A DNA stretch of 64,000 nucleotides, from positions 62,001-126,000 of the IMG/VR virus record IMGVR_UViG_3300021964_009390; one strand, given 5' to 3'. Positions within the stretch are counted from its first letter, which is position 1; the number at the start of each line of letters is the position of its first letter. Of the stretch, positions 18,822 to 27,923 are shown piece by piece. Made by a program: the position numbers and the translations under genes. The notes under the pieces are model-generated. The model was not told the DNA's origin, searched no databases, and saw nothing but the letters and a program-made list of their open reading frames with translations.

Positions 18822-18864
18822 TTGCGCGTTTGATCATATGATCATATCATTATATCATAATCAG
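18822..18864 (+). promoter_or_regulatory. Early promoter with palindromic spacer and ATAATCAG leader start
   Basis: TTGCGC-17-TATCAT; TGATCATATGATCA 18831-18844; ATAATCAG 18857. Confidence 0.7.
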
Positions 18865-18890
18865 ATAACAATTTCAACAAAGGACAAGAT

Positions 18891-19193
18891 ATGATGAGAT
18901 GCGACAAAACCGGACTAACCGACAAGGATTGGAGAACCATTTTAGATGTGGTCAACGTGTTTGACCCGGGTGATATAGCCCATGTGTATCCTGAGATGGG
19001 TTCACCTGAGTTCATGCAGGACGTTCAATCAGCTTTCAAGGCTGTGTTAGCTCATGTGGAGCGTAACAACATACAGAAAAGCCACGGAGGTGTGAAAGTA
19101 CCTCAATATGGCCCGAACGGAGCAGACAGCACCAAACCTAAACCAGTAGACCATATGAGCCTCGCCTATCAACAATGGGTACACGACTCATGA
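18891..19193 (+). CDS. Hypothetical protein
   Basis: AAAGGA RBS. Confidence 0.65.
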   Translation: MMRCDKTGLTDKDWRTILDVVNVFDPGDIAHVYPEMGSPEFMQDVQSAFKAVLAHVERNNIQKSHGGVKVPQYGPNGADSTKPKPVDHMSLAYQQWVHDS

Positions 19194-19507
19194 GTAGCTT
19201 TGTAACATATGTAGGAGTGGCGGATTGTCACGGAATCGAAAGTTTTCAGCTCAAAGATGATACAAGCGATTTTGACAGAACCTGTCGTATCATGAGATCA
19301 GCTGCTAACGGACAAAGACATGCTGTGTACTACGAGGCCTCTATGGATGCCGCGGCAGCAAGCGTAGTGAAAGAGTTTCTAGACGACGGACAATACACTG
19401 AAGCACTAGAATGTTTGAAACGGGTCTCCATTGAGCTCAGCACTCTCCCAGAACAGGCGGATAGTCTAGAAAAAATTCCCAACCCTGAACTGGATCCGTA
19501 CGCATGA
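19190..19507 (+). CDS. Hypothetical protein
   Basis: ATGA overlap; GVADCHGIESF. Confidence 0.6.
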   Translation: MSSFVTYVGVADCHGIESFQLKDDTSDFDRTCRIMRSAANGQRHAVYYEASMDAAAASVVKEFLDDGQYTEALECLKRVSIELSTLPEQADSLEKIPNPELDPYA

Positions 19508-19579
19508 TCACATTTTTCGTGTTCCTCATGTTCGGGTTGATGCTGTTTGCCGTAGCTTGCGAATTCAGCGAATAAAAAG

Positions 19580-19621
19580 TTGCGCGTTTGCTCAGCAGCT
19601 CATACAATTAAGAATAATCAG
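19580..19621 (+). promoter_or_regulatory. Early promoter
   Basis: AAAAAG-TTGCGC-17-TACAAT then ATAATCAG. Confidence 0.7.
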
Positions 19622-19640
19622 ATAACCAAAGGATCAATCA

Positions 19641-20153
19641 ATGCATTACGAAAAATTACAGGACACAGTTGTTAACGCCGAAGACGATTTCTGGTTCGGG
19701 GACCCATGTTACGTGGTACCTGACTCACTCTGGGCACCATTTTGTGACAACTGGCAAGCATACGACAAGAAGCATCAAGACGATGCAGATTTCAAACATC
19801 ATTATGTGGCACGTGTCGAGCACGAATCGACCGGGTACGTGTTTTACGTGTGGAGCACCGCTTACGGAGACGGTACATACAGCCTGCAAGTCGACCACAA
19901 AGAGGTGGGTAAGCTACCAGTTGATGCTGGCTGTCTGAGCGCCATACCTGTAGGATTGATCAAGCACTGGAAAAAGGCTGGTGAGATCAGCAACTACGAG
20001 GACCTCGGCCATGTTGTAGACTTCGAAAATTTGCAGGGTGAGCTCGTGTGCGAGGGAGGAGACTTCTTCTGGGGACGAGTCAATTTACCCACCGGGTACG
20101 AGGAGGAACATGATGAGGAATATGAAGATTGTGACGAGTACAGTTATGTTTAG
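19641..20153 (+). CDS. Conserved phage protein (GDPCY / T.YGDG.Y / VDAG, DUF4241-like)
   Basis: Motifs FGDPCYV, STAYGDGTY, PVDAGCL; acidic tail. Confidence 0.7.
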   Translation: MHYEKLQDTVVNAEDDFWFGDPCYVVPDSLWAPFCDNWQAYDKKHQDDADFKHHYVARVEHESTGYVFYVWSTAYGDGTYSLQVDHKEVGKLPVDAGCLSAIPVGLIKHWKKAGEISNYEDLGHVVDFENLQGELVCEGGDFFWGRVNLPTGYEEEHDEEYEDCDEYSYV

Positions 20154-20243
20154 TGTCATGTTGCTACTTGCAGCAATCATGAGTACTGCAGACAGTCATA
20201 GCTGCCCGGAACCTGGTCATGGCCCATGCTATTTGTGCGACAA

Positions 20244-20453
20244 ATGAGCGACATGACTGAACAACAGCTAGACATGCTCCGTCGCAAGATCATCGAACGC
20301 GTCACCAGTGTGTTCACCAGTCGTCCCACGTGGGCCGCTCAACCATTTGTTGATCATGACACATACTCCAGCATCGAGCAAGCGATCAATGATGAGTTTG
20401 ACAAGCATCAGAAGTTGCATGTATCAGATGATGTTCATACTATAGAATCATGA
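20244..20453 (+). CDS. Hypothetical protein
   Basis: Operonic ORF. Confidence 0.5.
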   Translation: MSDMTEQQLDMLRRKIIERVTSVFTSRPTWAAQPFVDHDTYSSIEQAINDEFDKHQKLHVSDDVHTIES

Positions 20454-20809
20454 CAGATAACACCAAAACATTTAAAAATTTAAACTTTGTTCAAGACACA
20501 AACTACCCTCACGAACAACTCAATCAACCACCAAAATACAACGCTGAGTTCTCCACAGACGACTACACGTTGAGCGTGGTGTATGGTGGAATGACTTACA
20601 GTAGCTCATCTACTGACGGTGACGCCTCCTCTTATGAAGTGGCGTTGTGGGATTCAGATGATGAACTGGTAAAAATGGACGAGTATGACTCGGTACTAGG
20701 CTGGCAAACACCAGACGAAATCACAAGAATCATGAAATTGATTCAGTTGCGTCCGGATCTGCTCAAGCAAAAGACCGTCAAACAATTGTGTGATGCGGCG
20801 GGCGTTTGA
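20450..20809 (+). CDS. Hypothetical phage protein
   Basis: YTLSVV..G...YEVA...V.GWQT.DEI pattern seen in phage early proteins. Confidence 0.65.
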   Translation: MTDNTKTFKNLNFVQDTNYPHEQLNQPPKYNAEFSTDDYTLSVVYGGMTYSSSSTDGDASSYEVALWDSDDELVKMDEYDSVLGWQTPDEITRIMKLIQLRPDLLKQKTVKQLCDAAGV

Positions 20810-21137
20810 CAAACTCGCATCACTTGTGTTATACCATGTTGGTGACACCATTTGTGATCTATTCTTTTGGAAACATTTCCAAGACGAATGGGTTGTTGAC
20901 CACATGTACCGTGTGTACAGCTGGTGCATACTCAAGAGCGTAAAGCTGCAGCACCCGGAACTTGAAAATTTTGCTAACTCGCCGAGTGGATCGAATGTGA
21001 TCGAACCGGTACATATAGACTCTAAAGATGTAGTGTTGCAACCATCATTTGATGAATTTGTAGACGACAATGATCTGATGGAATGTCAAATAATGTTTCA
21101 AGAAGAAATCACACAACATTGGAGAGATCGAACATGA
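20793..21137 (+). CDS. Hypothetical protein
   Basis: Operonic ORF. Confidence 0.55.
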   Translation: MRRAFDKLASLVLYHVGDTICDLFFWKHFQDEWVVDHMYRVYSWCILKSVKLQHPELENFANSPSGSNVIEPVHIDSKDVVLQPSFDEFVDDNDLMECQIMFQEEITQHWRDRT

Positions 21138-21352
21138 ACGACACACCACAACTATCCGGAAAACAGAAACAACGACTCATGAAACATGCGCGTCGGGCAT
21201 TTGATCATGACCCGAACGATTATGATGGTATGGGTAACTCCGGCCGATTTCCACCGGAACAAACCGAACATCCTGGAGATAAAAAACACTCGGACCTGTT
21301 GCTGATCATGCTGGCTCTGGCACTACCTGTGATCTATTACCTACTCAAATAA
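21134..21352 (+). CDS. Small protein with C-terminal TM helix
   Basis: GGAG RBS, DYDGMGN.GRF, hydrophobic C-terminus. Confidence 0.6.
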   Translation: MNDTPQLSGKQKQRLMKHARRAFDHDPNDYDGMGNSGRFPPEQTEHPGDKKHSDLLLIMLALALPVIYYLLK

Positions 21353-21353
21353 C

Positions 21354-22064
21354 ATGTATCAACACCTGTCAAACGGTGACATGTACGACCCTAACCGGTT
21401 CATCTACATACAGATAGACAACACCAAACCACAACCACACAACAGAGTACAGACCCCTCTGTTTCATCTCAATGTGCGGAGGATAACTGACCTCACAAGT
21501 GAAGAGATCATGCATTTGATGAGCCAATGCAGAGTCGCCCCACAACCTTGCGTCAAGTCACAACTGTGGTACATAGAGGCGAATCGCAAACGTCGGAGAG
21601 AGTACGCGATACATAAATTGCAACATGATTACTGGTGGGAGGTTTGTGCTAAAATTCAGTACAAGTACACCAAGGAACAACTGGACAAAATGCCATGGAC
21701 TGAATCCAGACACAAGAAGCATGAACGTGTGCTGGGACCCACGCTATGGGAGTGGGTGGAGCAATGCAGACCCAACAGTTTTCACGCGCTGTGGGGCCGA
21801 AGAAAAACATTACCGGGAATCTCTCGTATGAGGACTAAATACACTTGTGGAGACAAACGAACTAGACGATTATCTTCGCGAGCTAGCTCGCGAGACAAGC
21901 GTGGGCGACGCGTTCAAAATGTCTCACCCGTCACGAAGTCGCATGCAATTTCATCTGTTGGCCGAAGAACAACGCGCTCATCGAGAAATGTTGGAAAGAC
22001 GACGCGAAGAGTTGCTAGAACTGGAAATAACAGGAGACAGTTCAGAAGACAGTTCAGAAGCTGA
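21354..22064 (+). CDS. Hypothetical protein; 3' end doubtful (possible frameshift near 21775)
   Basis: Arg/Ser-rich tail overlaps the 21847 gene by more than 200 nt. Confidence 0.4.
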   Translation: MYQHLSNGDMYDPNRFIYIQIDNTKPQPHNRVQTPLFHLNVRRITDLTSEEIMHLMSQCRVAPQPCVKSQLWYIEANRKRRREYAIHKLQHDYWWEVCAKIQYKYTKEQLDKMPWTESRHKKHERVLGPTLWEWVEQCRPNSFHALWGRRKTLPGISRMRTKYTCGDKRTRRLSSRASSRDKRGRRVQNVSPVTKSHAISSVGRRTTRSSRNVGKTTRRVARTGNNRRQFRRQFRS

Positions 22065-22287
22065 GCAACCTAAAAAGTATCCGTACAAAGTGAAAAACTG
22101 CGCCGATGATCATAAACACAACATACACGTGCATGACCAGCCGTTGATTGTAGGCAAGGTATACAATTTGAAATTCGCGAATCATCACCATGATGGTTGT
22201 TATCTGGTCACGAGCGAACATCCTCACGAAGCGTTATATGCTTGGCCAATCTCAGGTCCCTTTGACACCTGTGGTGAGTGTAGTTGA
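21847..22287 (+). CDS. Hypothetical His/Cys-rich late protein
   Basis: TAAATA-5nt-GTG; HHHDGC, CGEC. Confidence 0.6.
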   Translation: METNELDDYLRELARETSVGDAFKMSHPSRSRMQFHLLAEEQRAHREMLERRREELLELEITGDSSEDSSEAEQPKKYPYKVKNCADDHKHNIHVHDQPLIVGKVYNLKFANHHHDGCYLVTSEHPHEALYAWPISGPFDTCGECS

Positions 22288-22354
22288 AACAAAGTTGCAC
22301 ATTCACTCAAACGCAGATACAATAGAAGAATAATCAGAAAACAAAGGATCAAAC

Positions 22355-22606
22355 ATGACAGACACCGAATCAGACACACTACTTCACAATTATCCTGAGA
22401 TGGAACTCTCCGTGAAACTGAGCCAGATAGAAGGCTGCTTTAAGTTTCTACACTACATGAATTTTGACGAGTATGGAGATGTGATCGAACGCCCACGCAA
22501 CGAGACTGAACGTCAGAGCGTGGTGAACAATCTGGAACGAGTACGAGAGTGCCGCTCGTTGCTCAAGCGTGTGCTCAACGGACACAAACAAAAGTTGCAG
22601 CATTGA
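22355..22606 (+). CDS. Hypothetical protein
   Basis: Promoter 22295-22323, AAAGGA RBS. Confidence 0.65.
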   Translation: MTDTESDTLLHNYPEMELSVKLSQIEGCFKFLHYMNFDEYGDVIERPRNETERQSVVNNLERVRECRSLLKRVLNGHKQKLQH

Positions 22607-22652
22607 TCAGTTGTGTATATCATTAGATCATAATCAGTTAACCAAAGGTCAC

Positions 22653-22994
22653 ATGAGCAAGAACATTTCATTCATCAGTCACCACAAACCACAACGCGGC
22701 ATCACCGGCACCTCGTTACAATCGTACCTCAAGGCGAGTCGAGCGCATCTGGAGATGCTGTTTGGCCCTCCGCTGAACGAACCAGTGGACGATTACAAGA
22801 CCAGCTACGAGTGGCATGTGGAGGTCAAGCATGACGGAGAGTCCAGAGGATTTGTGGCCATTTACGATTACAAGAGCGATCATAGTGACGACATCGGCGA
22901 GGAGATTCACTGGCATGTAGGTGCCAAGGATGTGTATCTAGCGTCCGAGGTTGTTGATTTCGCCACCACCGGGAAAACTTTCAAAGTAACATAA
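22653..22994 (+). CDS. Hypothetical phage protein (GTSLQ..FG.P..K...EW..IYDYK..WHVG family)
   Basis: Promoter 22595-22623, AAAGG RBS, motif pattern. Confidence 0.7.
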   Translation: MSKNISFISHHKPQRGITGTSLQSYLKASRAHLEMLFGPPLNEPVDDYKTSYEWHVEVKHDGESRGFVAIYDYKSDHSDDIGEEIHWHVGAKDVYLASEVVDFATTGKTFKVT

Positions 22995-22995
22995 C

Positions 22996-23238
22996 ATGAG
23001 ACAGAAACGACATTACATCAAGCAAAACTGCTTCGGAGACCTGGAGGTGTTCATCGTGGAGGCAGTAGAAGTTAACAAACACCAACCACTCCGAGACCAG
23101 GTGAACAACTGGACCGCGTACTGCGTGTGCGACAACCGAGCCACGGCTGATGCGGTGATCAAAAAAGACATGGAGCGAGGAGACATTTTGAGAGGACGAA
23201 TCTCGTCCCACACCATTCAAACCAAGGAGATGATATGA
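22996..23238 (+). CDS. Hypothetical protein
   Basis: Operonic ORF. Confidence 0.55.
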   Translation: MRQKRHYIKQNCFGDLEVFIVEAVEVNKHQPLRDQVNNWTAYCVCDNRATADAVIKKDMERGDILRGRISSHTIQTKEMI

Positions 23239-23489
23239 TAACAGAACTAGCAAACACCAAAGTATTAGCCAAAACCCATTTATACAGCACCTGGAGCCGG
23301 AAAACTGTCGGCGAGGTGGTTGACAGCTGGAACTGGAACATGGGGATCTTTGAGATATACGATGAGATTCGAGACTGGGACCGGCGTGATCAAGAGAACG
23401 TGCTCCGGTATGCTTATGATTACTTCAACAAGGACAAGTTCATCAACGAGCTGGCCAGCCACTTGTTGGGTCAAGGTTTTGATGATTGA
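23235..23489 (+). CDS. Hypothetical protein
   Basis: AAGGAG RBS. Confidence 0.6.
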   Translation: MITELANTKVLAKTHLYSTWSRKTVGEVVDSWNWNMGIFEIYDEIRDWDRRDQENVLRYAYDYFNKDKFINELASHLLGQGFDD

Positions 23490-23595
23490 GCTATTGTTCC
23501 TGGTGGTGGTGTTGAGCCTGCCGATGATCGCCATATACATTTTTGATCAGATGTGAAAAGTTGCAGGTTTGATCGATCGTGCATACAATCATTAC

Positions 23596-23760
23596 ATGAC
23601 AGCGACAGATATAAAACACAAGAGACGTAAACAAGCCTGGGAGTCTTTACCAACACCTCGAGTGAGCTGGGAAGAGTTCAAAAGGATCAACGATCGTAGC
23701 AGCAGCATCGAACAAGCTGTGGTACGAGCCACAAGAATCACACAAAAGAAACACCGATGA
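23596..23760 (+). CDS. Small basic hypothetical protein
   Basis: Leaderless ATG after TTGCAG-17-TACAAT. Confidence 0.55.
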   Translation: MTATDIKHKRRKQAWESLPTPRVSWEEFKRINDRSSSIEQAVVRATRITQKKHR

Positions 23761-24011
23761 CACAACCAATGCAAACACAAACACCTTTTCCACCAGAACA
23801 ACACACCATCACTCGACCCGAACACACACGTTGGGATCGATTTGAAAAGGTGGAGTTCATAGAAGAAACCTCCACTCTCACCAGACATGACATGTTCAAT
23901 GAGTTGCTGGGCTGGATGAACGAAGAGGAGTTCAACAAATTCTACGACAATTTCTGCAGCAACTGGTCTCTAGCAAGGGATCATGAAGAGCTTGACACGC
24001 GTGTTGGATAA
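23757..24011 (+). CDS. Hypothetical protein
   Basis: ATGA overlap. Confidence 0.6.
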   Translation: MTQPMQTQTPFPPEQHTITRPEHTRWDRFEKVEFIEETSTLTRHDMFNELLGWMNEEEFNKFYDNFCSNWSLARDHEELDTRVG

Positions 24012-24289
24012 TGAAAACGTCACTACAAACGATGGACAACGACGGAACCGCATTGGACCAAGATCTTGATGTTGCAGATGTTGAGGCGGCAATAGCTCAA
24101 CGTGCAGCGGAACAGCTCAGCAGCGGCAAGGTGCGTGAAGCATACTACAACAGCTACGCATACTTACGAGATTTACAAGAATTCGCGCTGGACTCCAGAG
24201 ACATGGACTTGAAGGAACATATCAAACTCGCGTTGAGCTCACTGGACAATTTTGGTAGAACATTAGACATAGGATACAAATGGGATTGA
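24011..24289 (+). CDS. Hypothetical protein
   Basis: TAATG coupling. Confidence 0.6.
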   Translation: MKTSLQTMDNDGTALDQDLDVADVEAAIAQRAAEQLSSGKVREAYYNSYAYLRDLQEFALDSRDMDLKEHIKLALSSLDNFGRTLDIGYKWD

Positions 24290-24467
24290 GCTGGTTAGCA
24301 TGGTTGCTGTTGTTGTTCGTGCCGGTGAGTTGCACGTTGCTCGTGTGTTGGTACTGGTACACCTGTCACAAGATAGACCAACAGTACCGAGACAGACAGG
24401 ATGACGAATGAGAGAATTACACCGATACTTAGTTGCACAATCTGAAGCAACATCATACAATCATAAC

Positions 24468-24614
24468 ATGAACGACACACTAGACATCATAGTCACTTTG
24501 ATCATGCTCACGCCAATGTTTCTGGTCTGTGCAGGTTTGATATACGACCTGTTCGCCAGTCACAACACACAACAACGCGTGTTGTTCGGATCGGTGCATC
24601 CGGACGAGCGTTAA
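24468..24614 (+). CDS. Small membrane protein
   Basis: Leaderless ATG after TTGCAC-17-TACAAT; one TM helix. Confidence 0.55.
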   Translation: MNDTLDIIVTLIMLTPMFLVCAGLIYDLFASHNTQQRVLFGSVHPDER

Positions 24615-24815
24615 TGTCAGCAACAGATCAAATCAAACTTCACGTGAGCTGCATCAAGCGGCAGATCATACTGCACCACTACAAACAGATCTGGTTCCAT
24701 CTCAAAGGAATCTATCGAGCCATTTTCAACATATCGAACAGATGAACACACAAAAAGTTGCAGGTTTGATCTGCAGCTCATACAATAAAGAATAATCAGA
24801 CAACAAAACACATTT

Positions 24816-25202
24816 ATGAGTTACAAAACATTACATGACATCAAAGCGCGAGTCACCGCTCGCTGGAAACATCCCCGCTGCAAGTTTCAACGAGGCGATT
24901 ACGCCGAGGTGAGTGCTCAGGTGTTGCCCCGACAGTACGTGAAAATGGACGGAGGCATCGGCGAGGGTCACAGCTACGTGAGCCGGATCAAACGTCGACG
25001 CGTGGGACAGATCGGACGAGTCATCGCGGTGAGCTGCTTGCCTGACGGTCGCATCAGAAGCAACGATTTCAGCTACAGAAACGGTGGTGCGAGTCGCATG
25101 TACACCAGATACTACATTCAATTTCGAGACGGAACAATCATGGGCTACGACAGCCATCATCTGAAACCGGCGTTCAGCCTGGCCAGCCTCACCGGCGCAT
25201 GA
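24816..25202 (+). CDS. Basic hypothetical protein (SH3/KOW-like pattern)
   Basis: KFQRGD.....GQIGRVIAV....YYIQF.DG; promoter 24758-24786. Confidence 0.6.
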   Translation: MSYKTLHDIKARVTARWKHPRCKFQRGDYAEVSAQVLPRQYVKMDGGIGEGHSYVSRIKRRRVGQIGRVIAVSCLPDGRIRSNDFSYRNGGASRMYTRYYIQFRDGTIMGYDSHHLKPAFSLASLTGA

Positions 25203-25570
25203 TCAATCTGTCACACTTGCACAATCCTGCCGGAATCAACCTGGGACCCTATCGAACCATGCCAATCAAACAACGACAAACAAAAACCGCCCGCAAACAA
25301 CGTCGCAAGACCGAACAGGAGCGACTGGAAACCAAAGCCAGAAGCCCCGGCGTGCCACCCAACACGTGTCCGTACATCGACCTGACTCAGACCATGATAC
25401 AGGACCTGGTGAACAGCTACGACGATCTGAAGAGCAACAATCATCACAATCCCCTGGTGGAGGAGATAGGCGAACGAGCCAAAGACATGTTGGAGTACAT
25501 CAGACGAGCCAACGAGACCATGCGAGACAACAGCGCGTTCTGGTATCAACAGTACAAGAACAAACTATGA
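25199..25570 (+). CDS. Hypothetical protein
   Basis: VP..TCP.ID...LE.IR.AN..MR pattern. Confidence 0.6.
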   Translation: MINLSHLHNPAGINLGPYRTMPIKQRQTKTARKQRRKTEQERLETKARSPGVPPNTCPYIDLTQTMIQDLVNSYDDLKSNNHHNPLVEEIGERAKDMLEYIRRANETMRDNSAFWYQQYKNKL

Positions 25571-25803
25571 ACAACACACGCTTCTACATGCTCACCTGGC
25601 TCAACTGGATGGTGGGGGTGCTGCTATGCTGGTACGCCTGGACCGGAGACATGCCTCAACGTGAACAGATCGGCTGGTGCATCTTCGGACTCATGTACTT
25701 GGCCATGGACACACCCACCCGAGACGATGGCGGGCACGCGTGTCGAGTCATGGCAAGCTTCATGGCGTTGTTGCTTGCTGCGTGGCTGATATGGAACAGA
25801 TGA
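25567..25803 (+). CDS. Small multi-TM membrane protein
   Basis: ATGA overlap; three hydrophobic segments. Confidence 0.55.
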   Translation: MNNTRFYMLTWLNWMVGVLLCWYAWTGDMPQREQIGWCIFGLMYLAMDTPTRDDGGHACRVMASFMALLLAAWLIWNR

Positions 25804-25898
25804 AACCGAACAAATATTATTCACGTCACAATAAGTTAATGGGTTTGATATCAAGTGAACTAGTTGCCAGATCCCGCGCGTGACCATACAATCAACAT

Positions 25899-26048
25899 AT
25901 GATCAGAATAACCACACACATCATTTTAATGACAATGACACTCACCGGATTCCTCTGGTGGACACACACGCTGTGGCCGGCTTTCGAGATGGCGTACGAC
26001 TGCATCGTGAACGTGGTGAACCAGAACCTGCCGCCGGCCACTGAATAA
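25899..26048 (+). CDS. Small membrane protein
   Basis: Leaderless ATG after TTGCCA-17-TACAAT. Confidence 0.5.
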   Translation: MIRITTHIILMTMTLTGFLWWTHTLWPAFEMAYDCIVNVVNQNLPPATE

Positions 26049-26053
26049 TTGAC

Positions 26054-26353
26054 ATGATCACCATACGACAATTGAGACACATGCTGGATGTGGCGTGTGA
26101 ACAACACGAACTCACAGACGAGAGCGAGGTGAGGTTCATCACACGAGGCACGCACTCGGACGTGGTGCACTGGCAACTGGACAAATACACCAGCGTGGAC
26201 TGCAGCATGACGGATCAGATGGCGACGGTGCCTCCGGATCCATCGAACGGACCACCAGCTGACAGAAGGTTCGGAGCCGGAGTGTTGTTGCTGGGTGAGG
26301 AGTGCGTGATGAGATGCACGCCACAGGACATACTTGATCAACTTGACTGGTGA
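26054..26353 (+). CDS. Hypothetical protein
   Basis: Operonic ORF. Confidence 0.55.
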   Translation: MITIRQLRHMLDVACEQHELTDESEVRFITRGTHSDVVHWQLDKYTSVDCSMTDQMATVPPDPSNGPPADRRFGAGVLLLGEECVMRCTPQDILDQLDW

Positions 26354-26880
26354 ATGAGCCCGGTGTATTATAGACATGACTCGATCATCAGCTGCAGTGA
26401 CTCGGACCTGTCCACAATAGAATTTTGCGAACGTAACAATTATAAACAACACAAAATGAACAACATGATGAGACTATTAAAAGCGTTGGGTAATATAGCC
26501 CGTTACACCTGTCTGGGCTGGTACAACACGTACAATCACGTGATAGATTCGTTGGAACGACACGAGAACGTGTGTAAAAAGCGTGTGAATCGTGACAAAA
26601 ACACGGAAAAATATCAGAAAAACCAGCTGAATGAGGCGCCCAAGCTGTGAGAAACCTAGGAGCTTCATGGGAACAACCAGAAATACACGAAATACTAGGA
26701 AACAATTTAAACCAATGATACCACTACAGGATGAAAGGGCAACAAATAATATCCCCGTCCAGTGTAGTATGTATCCGGCAACTAATCATATGTCAACTGA
26801 AAAAAACAGGAGAAACAGTTGTTGCCATCTAATCATCTAGACTACATAATAATATAACAATCAGAAAACATTATCAGACC

Positions 26881-27099
26881 ATGCCAAGAACCAACACTCA
26901 AGCCGACTCGGCGCTAGCAGAAATGGTAGCAGATGCTGCCCCCGAGCAAACCTTCACACTGCAACAAATATCTGACAAGACCGGTCTGAGTGCCGAGCGA
27001 GTCAGACAGATCGAACGTCAGGCGCTACGACGATTCAGAAGCGGAATCGAGGACTGGCTCAAACGAGAAGGATTCGACGAGTACTTGCCAGACCTGTAA
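26881..27099 (+). CDS. Stand-alone sigma-70 region 4 HTH protein
   Basis: FTLQQISDKTGLSAERVRQIERQALRRFR matches sigma70 r4.2 (TL.E.G..F.VTRERIRQIE.KAL.KLR). Confidence 0.85.
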   Translation: MPRTNTQADSALAEMVADAAPEQTFTLQQISDKTGLSAERVRQIERQALRRFRSGIEDWLKREGFDEYLPDL

Positions 27100-27145
27100 C
27101 ACTTTCCCAAAGGCCGTCCCCACCTGATAATCCTGAACTAATCCC

Positions 27146-27181
27146 ACCTCTCGAGTCTGACGGCGCTCGAGAGGTTTTTTT
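27146..27181 (+). terminator. Rho-independent terminator
   Basis: CCTCTCGAG...CTCGAGAGG followed by T6. Confidence 0.75.
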
Positions 27182-27327
27182 GTGGTCGATTCAATCAACC
27201 TATTTGGTGGGACAGGTTGATAAAATGAAAAAATATCCACCTATCCCCTCCCACACAAACCATCACTCTACACTTTACTGTTGAGAAAAAAGTTGTCCTT
27301 TAGAGCAGCTTTTGATATAATTGTATT

Positions 27328-27420
27328 ATGTTCAGCGATAGAGGCAGTTAGAAAAAACAGACAGACCCACTTTCAGGGAAGGTGATTGAGTTTGCTGCTG
27401 TCCTATAATATCACGAATAT
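27328..27420 (+). ncRNA. Candidate rod-shaped small RNA
   Basis: Starts 6 nt after TTGTCC-17-TATAAT; only a 7-codon ORF; nested pairings ATGTTC/GAATAT, GATA/TATC, GGCAGT/GCTGTC, CAGAC/GTTTG, CACTTT/AAGGTG. Confidence 0.5.
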
Positions 27421-27461
27421 GGGGAGGACCATTCCGAAATATATATATATGGCCCACACAC

Positions 27462-27492
27462 AAAAAAAGAGTGGCCTGTTCTGACCACTCTT
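27462..27492 (-). terminator. Rho-independent terminator of the leftward island operon
   Basis: AAGAGTGG..CCACTCTT with T-run on the minus strand. Confidence 0.75.
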
Positions 27493-27517
27493 GACAGTTA
27501 TGGGTTAGGCTTAAATT

Positions 27518-27721
27518 CTACTGTTCTTCATCAACATCTCCACTTATATGGAACACACAATCCTCTTCTCCTGATCCTGAATGTTCTATAGAACTGATGA
27601 ACACACTACTATTACCATAATAGCTGGTTCGATGCTCTCCATCCAAACACACCTCAAATGAGATGTTGTCTGTATCTTGAAAATCTCTATCCAATCTCTC
27701 CTTCAATTCTCCTACTGTCAT
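27518..27721 (-). CDS. Small acidic early protein
   Basis: MTVGELKERL..; AGGAGG RBS. Confidence 0.7.
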   Translation of the reverse strand: MTVGELKERLDRDFQDTDNISFEVCLDGEHRTSYYGNSSVFISSIEHSGSGEEDCVFHISGDVDEEQ

Positions 27722-27722
27722 A

Positions 27723-27887
27723 TTATTTGTCCTCCTTACTGTAATCTGCAAATGAGTAGCTTTCAACACTATCCTGAATCATCTCCATCACAATATCAAA
27801 AGCCTCTTCTTCATCAAAATGATCTCCAGGAAATGTTGATTCAATTTGATCTATACATTCTTTAACTAATTCTTTTAACTTATCCAT
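27723..27887 (-). CDS. Small acidic early protein (54 aa, absent from ORF track)
   Basis: MDKLKELVKECIDQIESTFPGDHFDEEEAFDIVMEMIQDSVESYSFADYSKEDK; own TTGTCC-17-GATAAT promoter. Confidence 0.7.
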   Translation of the reverse strand: MDKLKELVKECIDQIESTFPGDHFDEEEAFDIVMEMIQDSVESYSFADYSKEDK

Positions 27888-27923
27888 AATTGTATTATCT
27901 TATAATTTGATCTAAAGGACAAC

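Noticed and set aside
27738-27766. Apparent minus-strand promoter TTGAAA-17-TACAGT
   Set aside because: Lies inside ORF 27723-27887 and lacks the AAAAG UP tract; the downstream gene is explained by RBS coupling.
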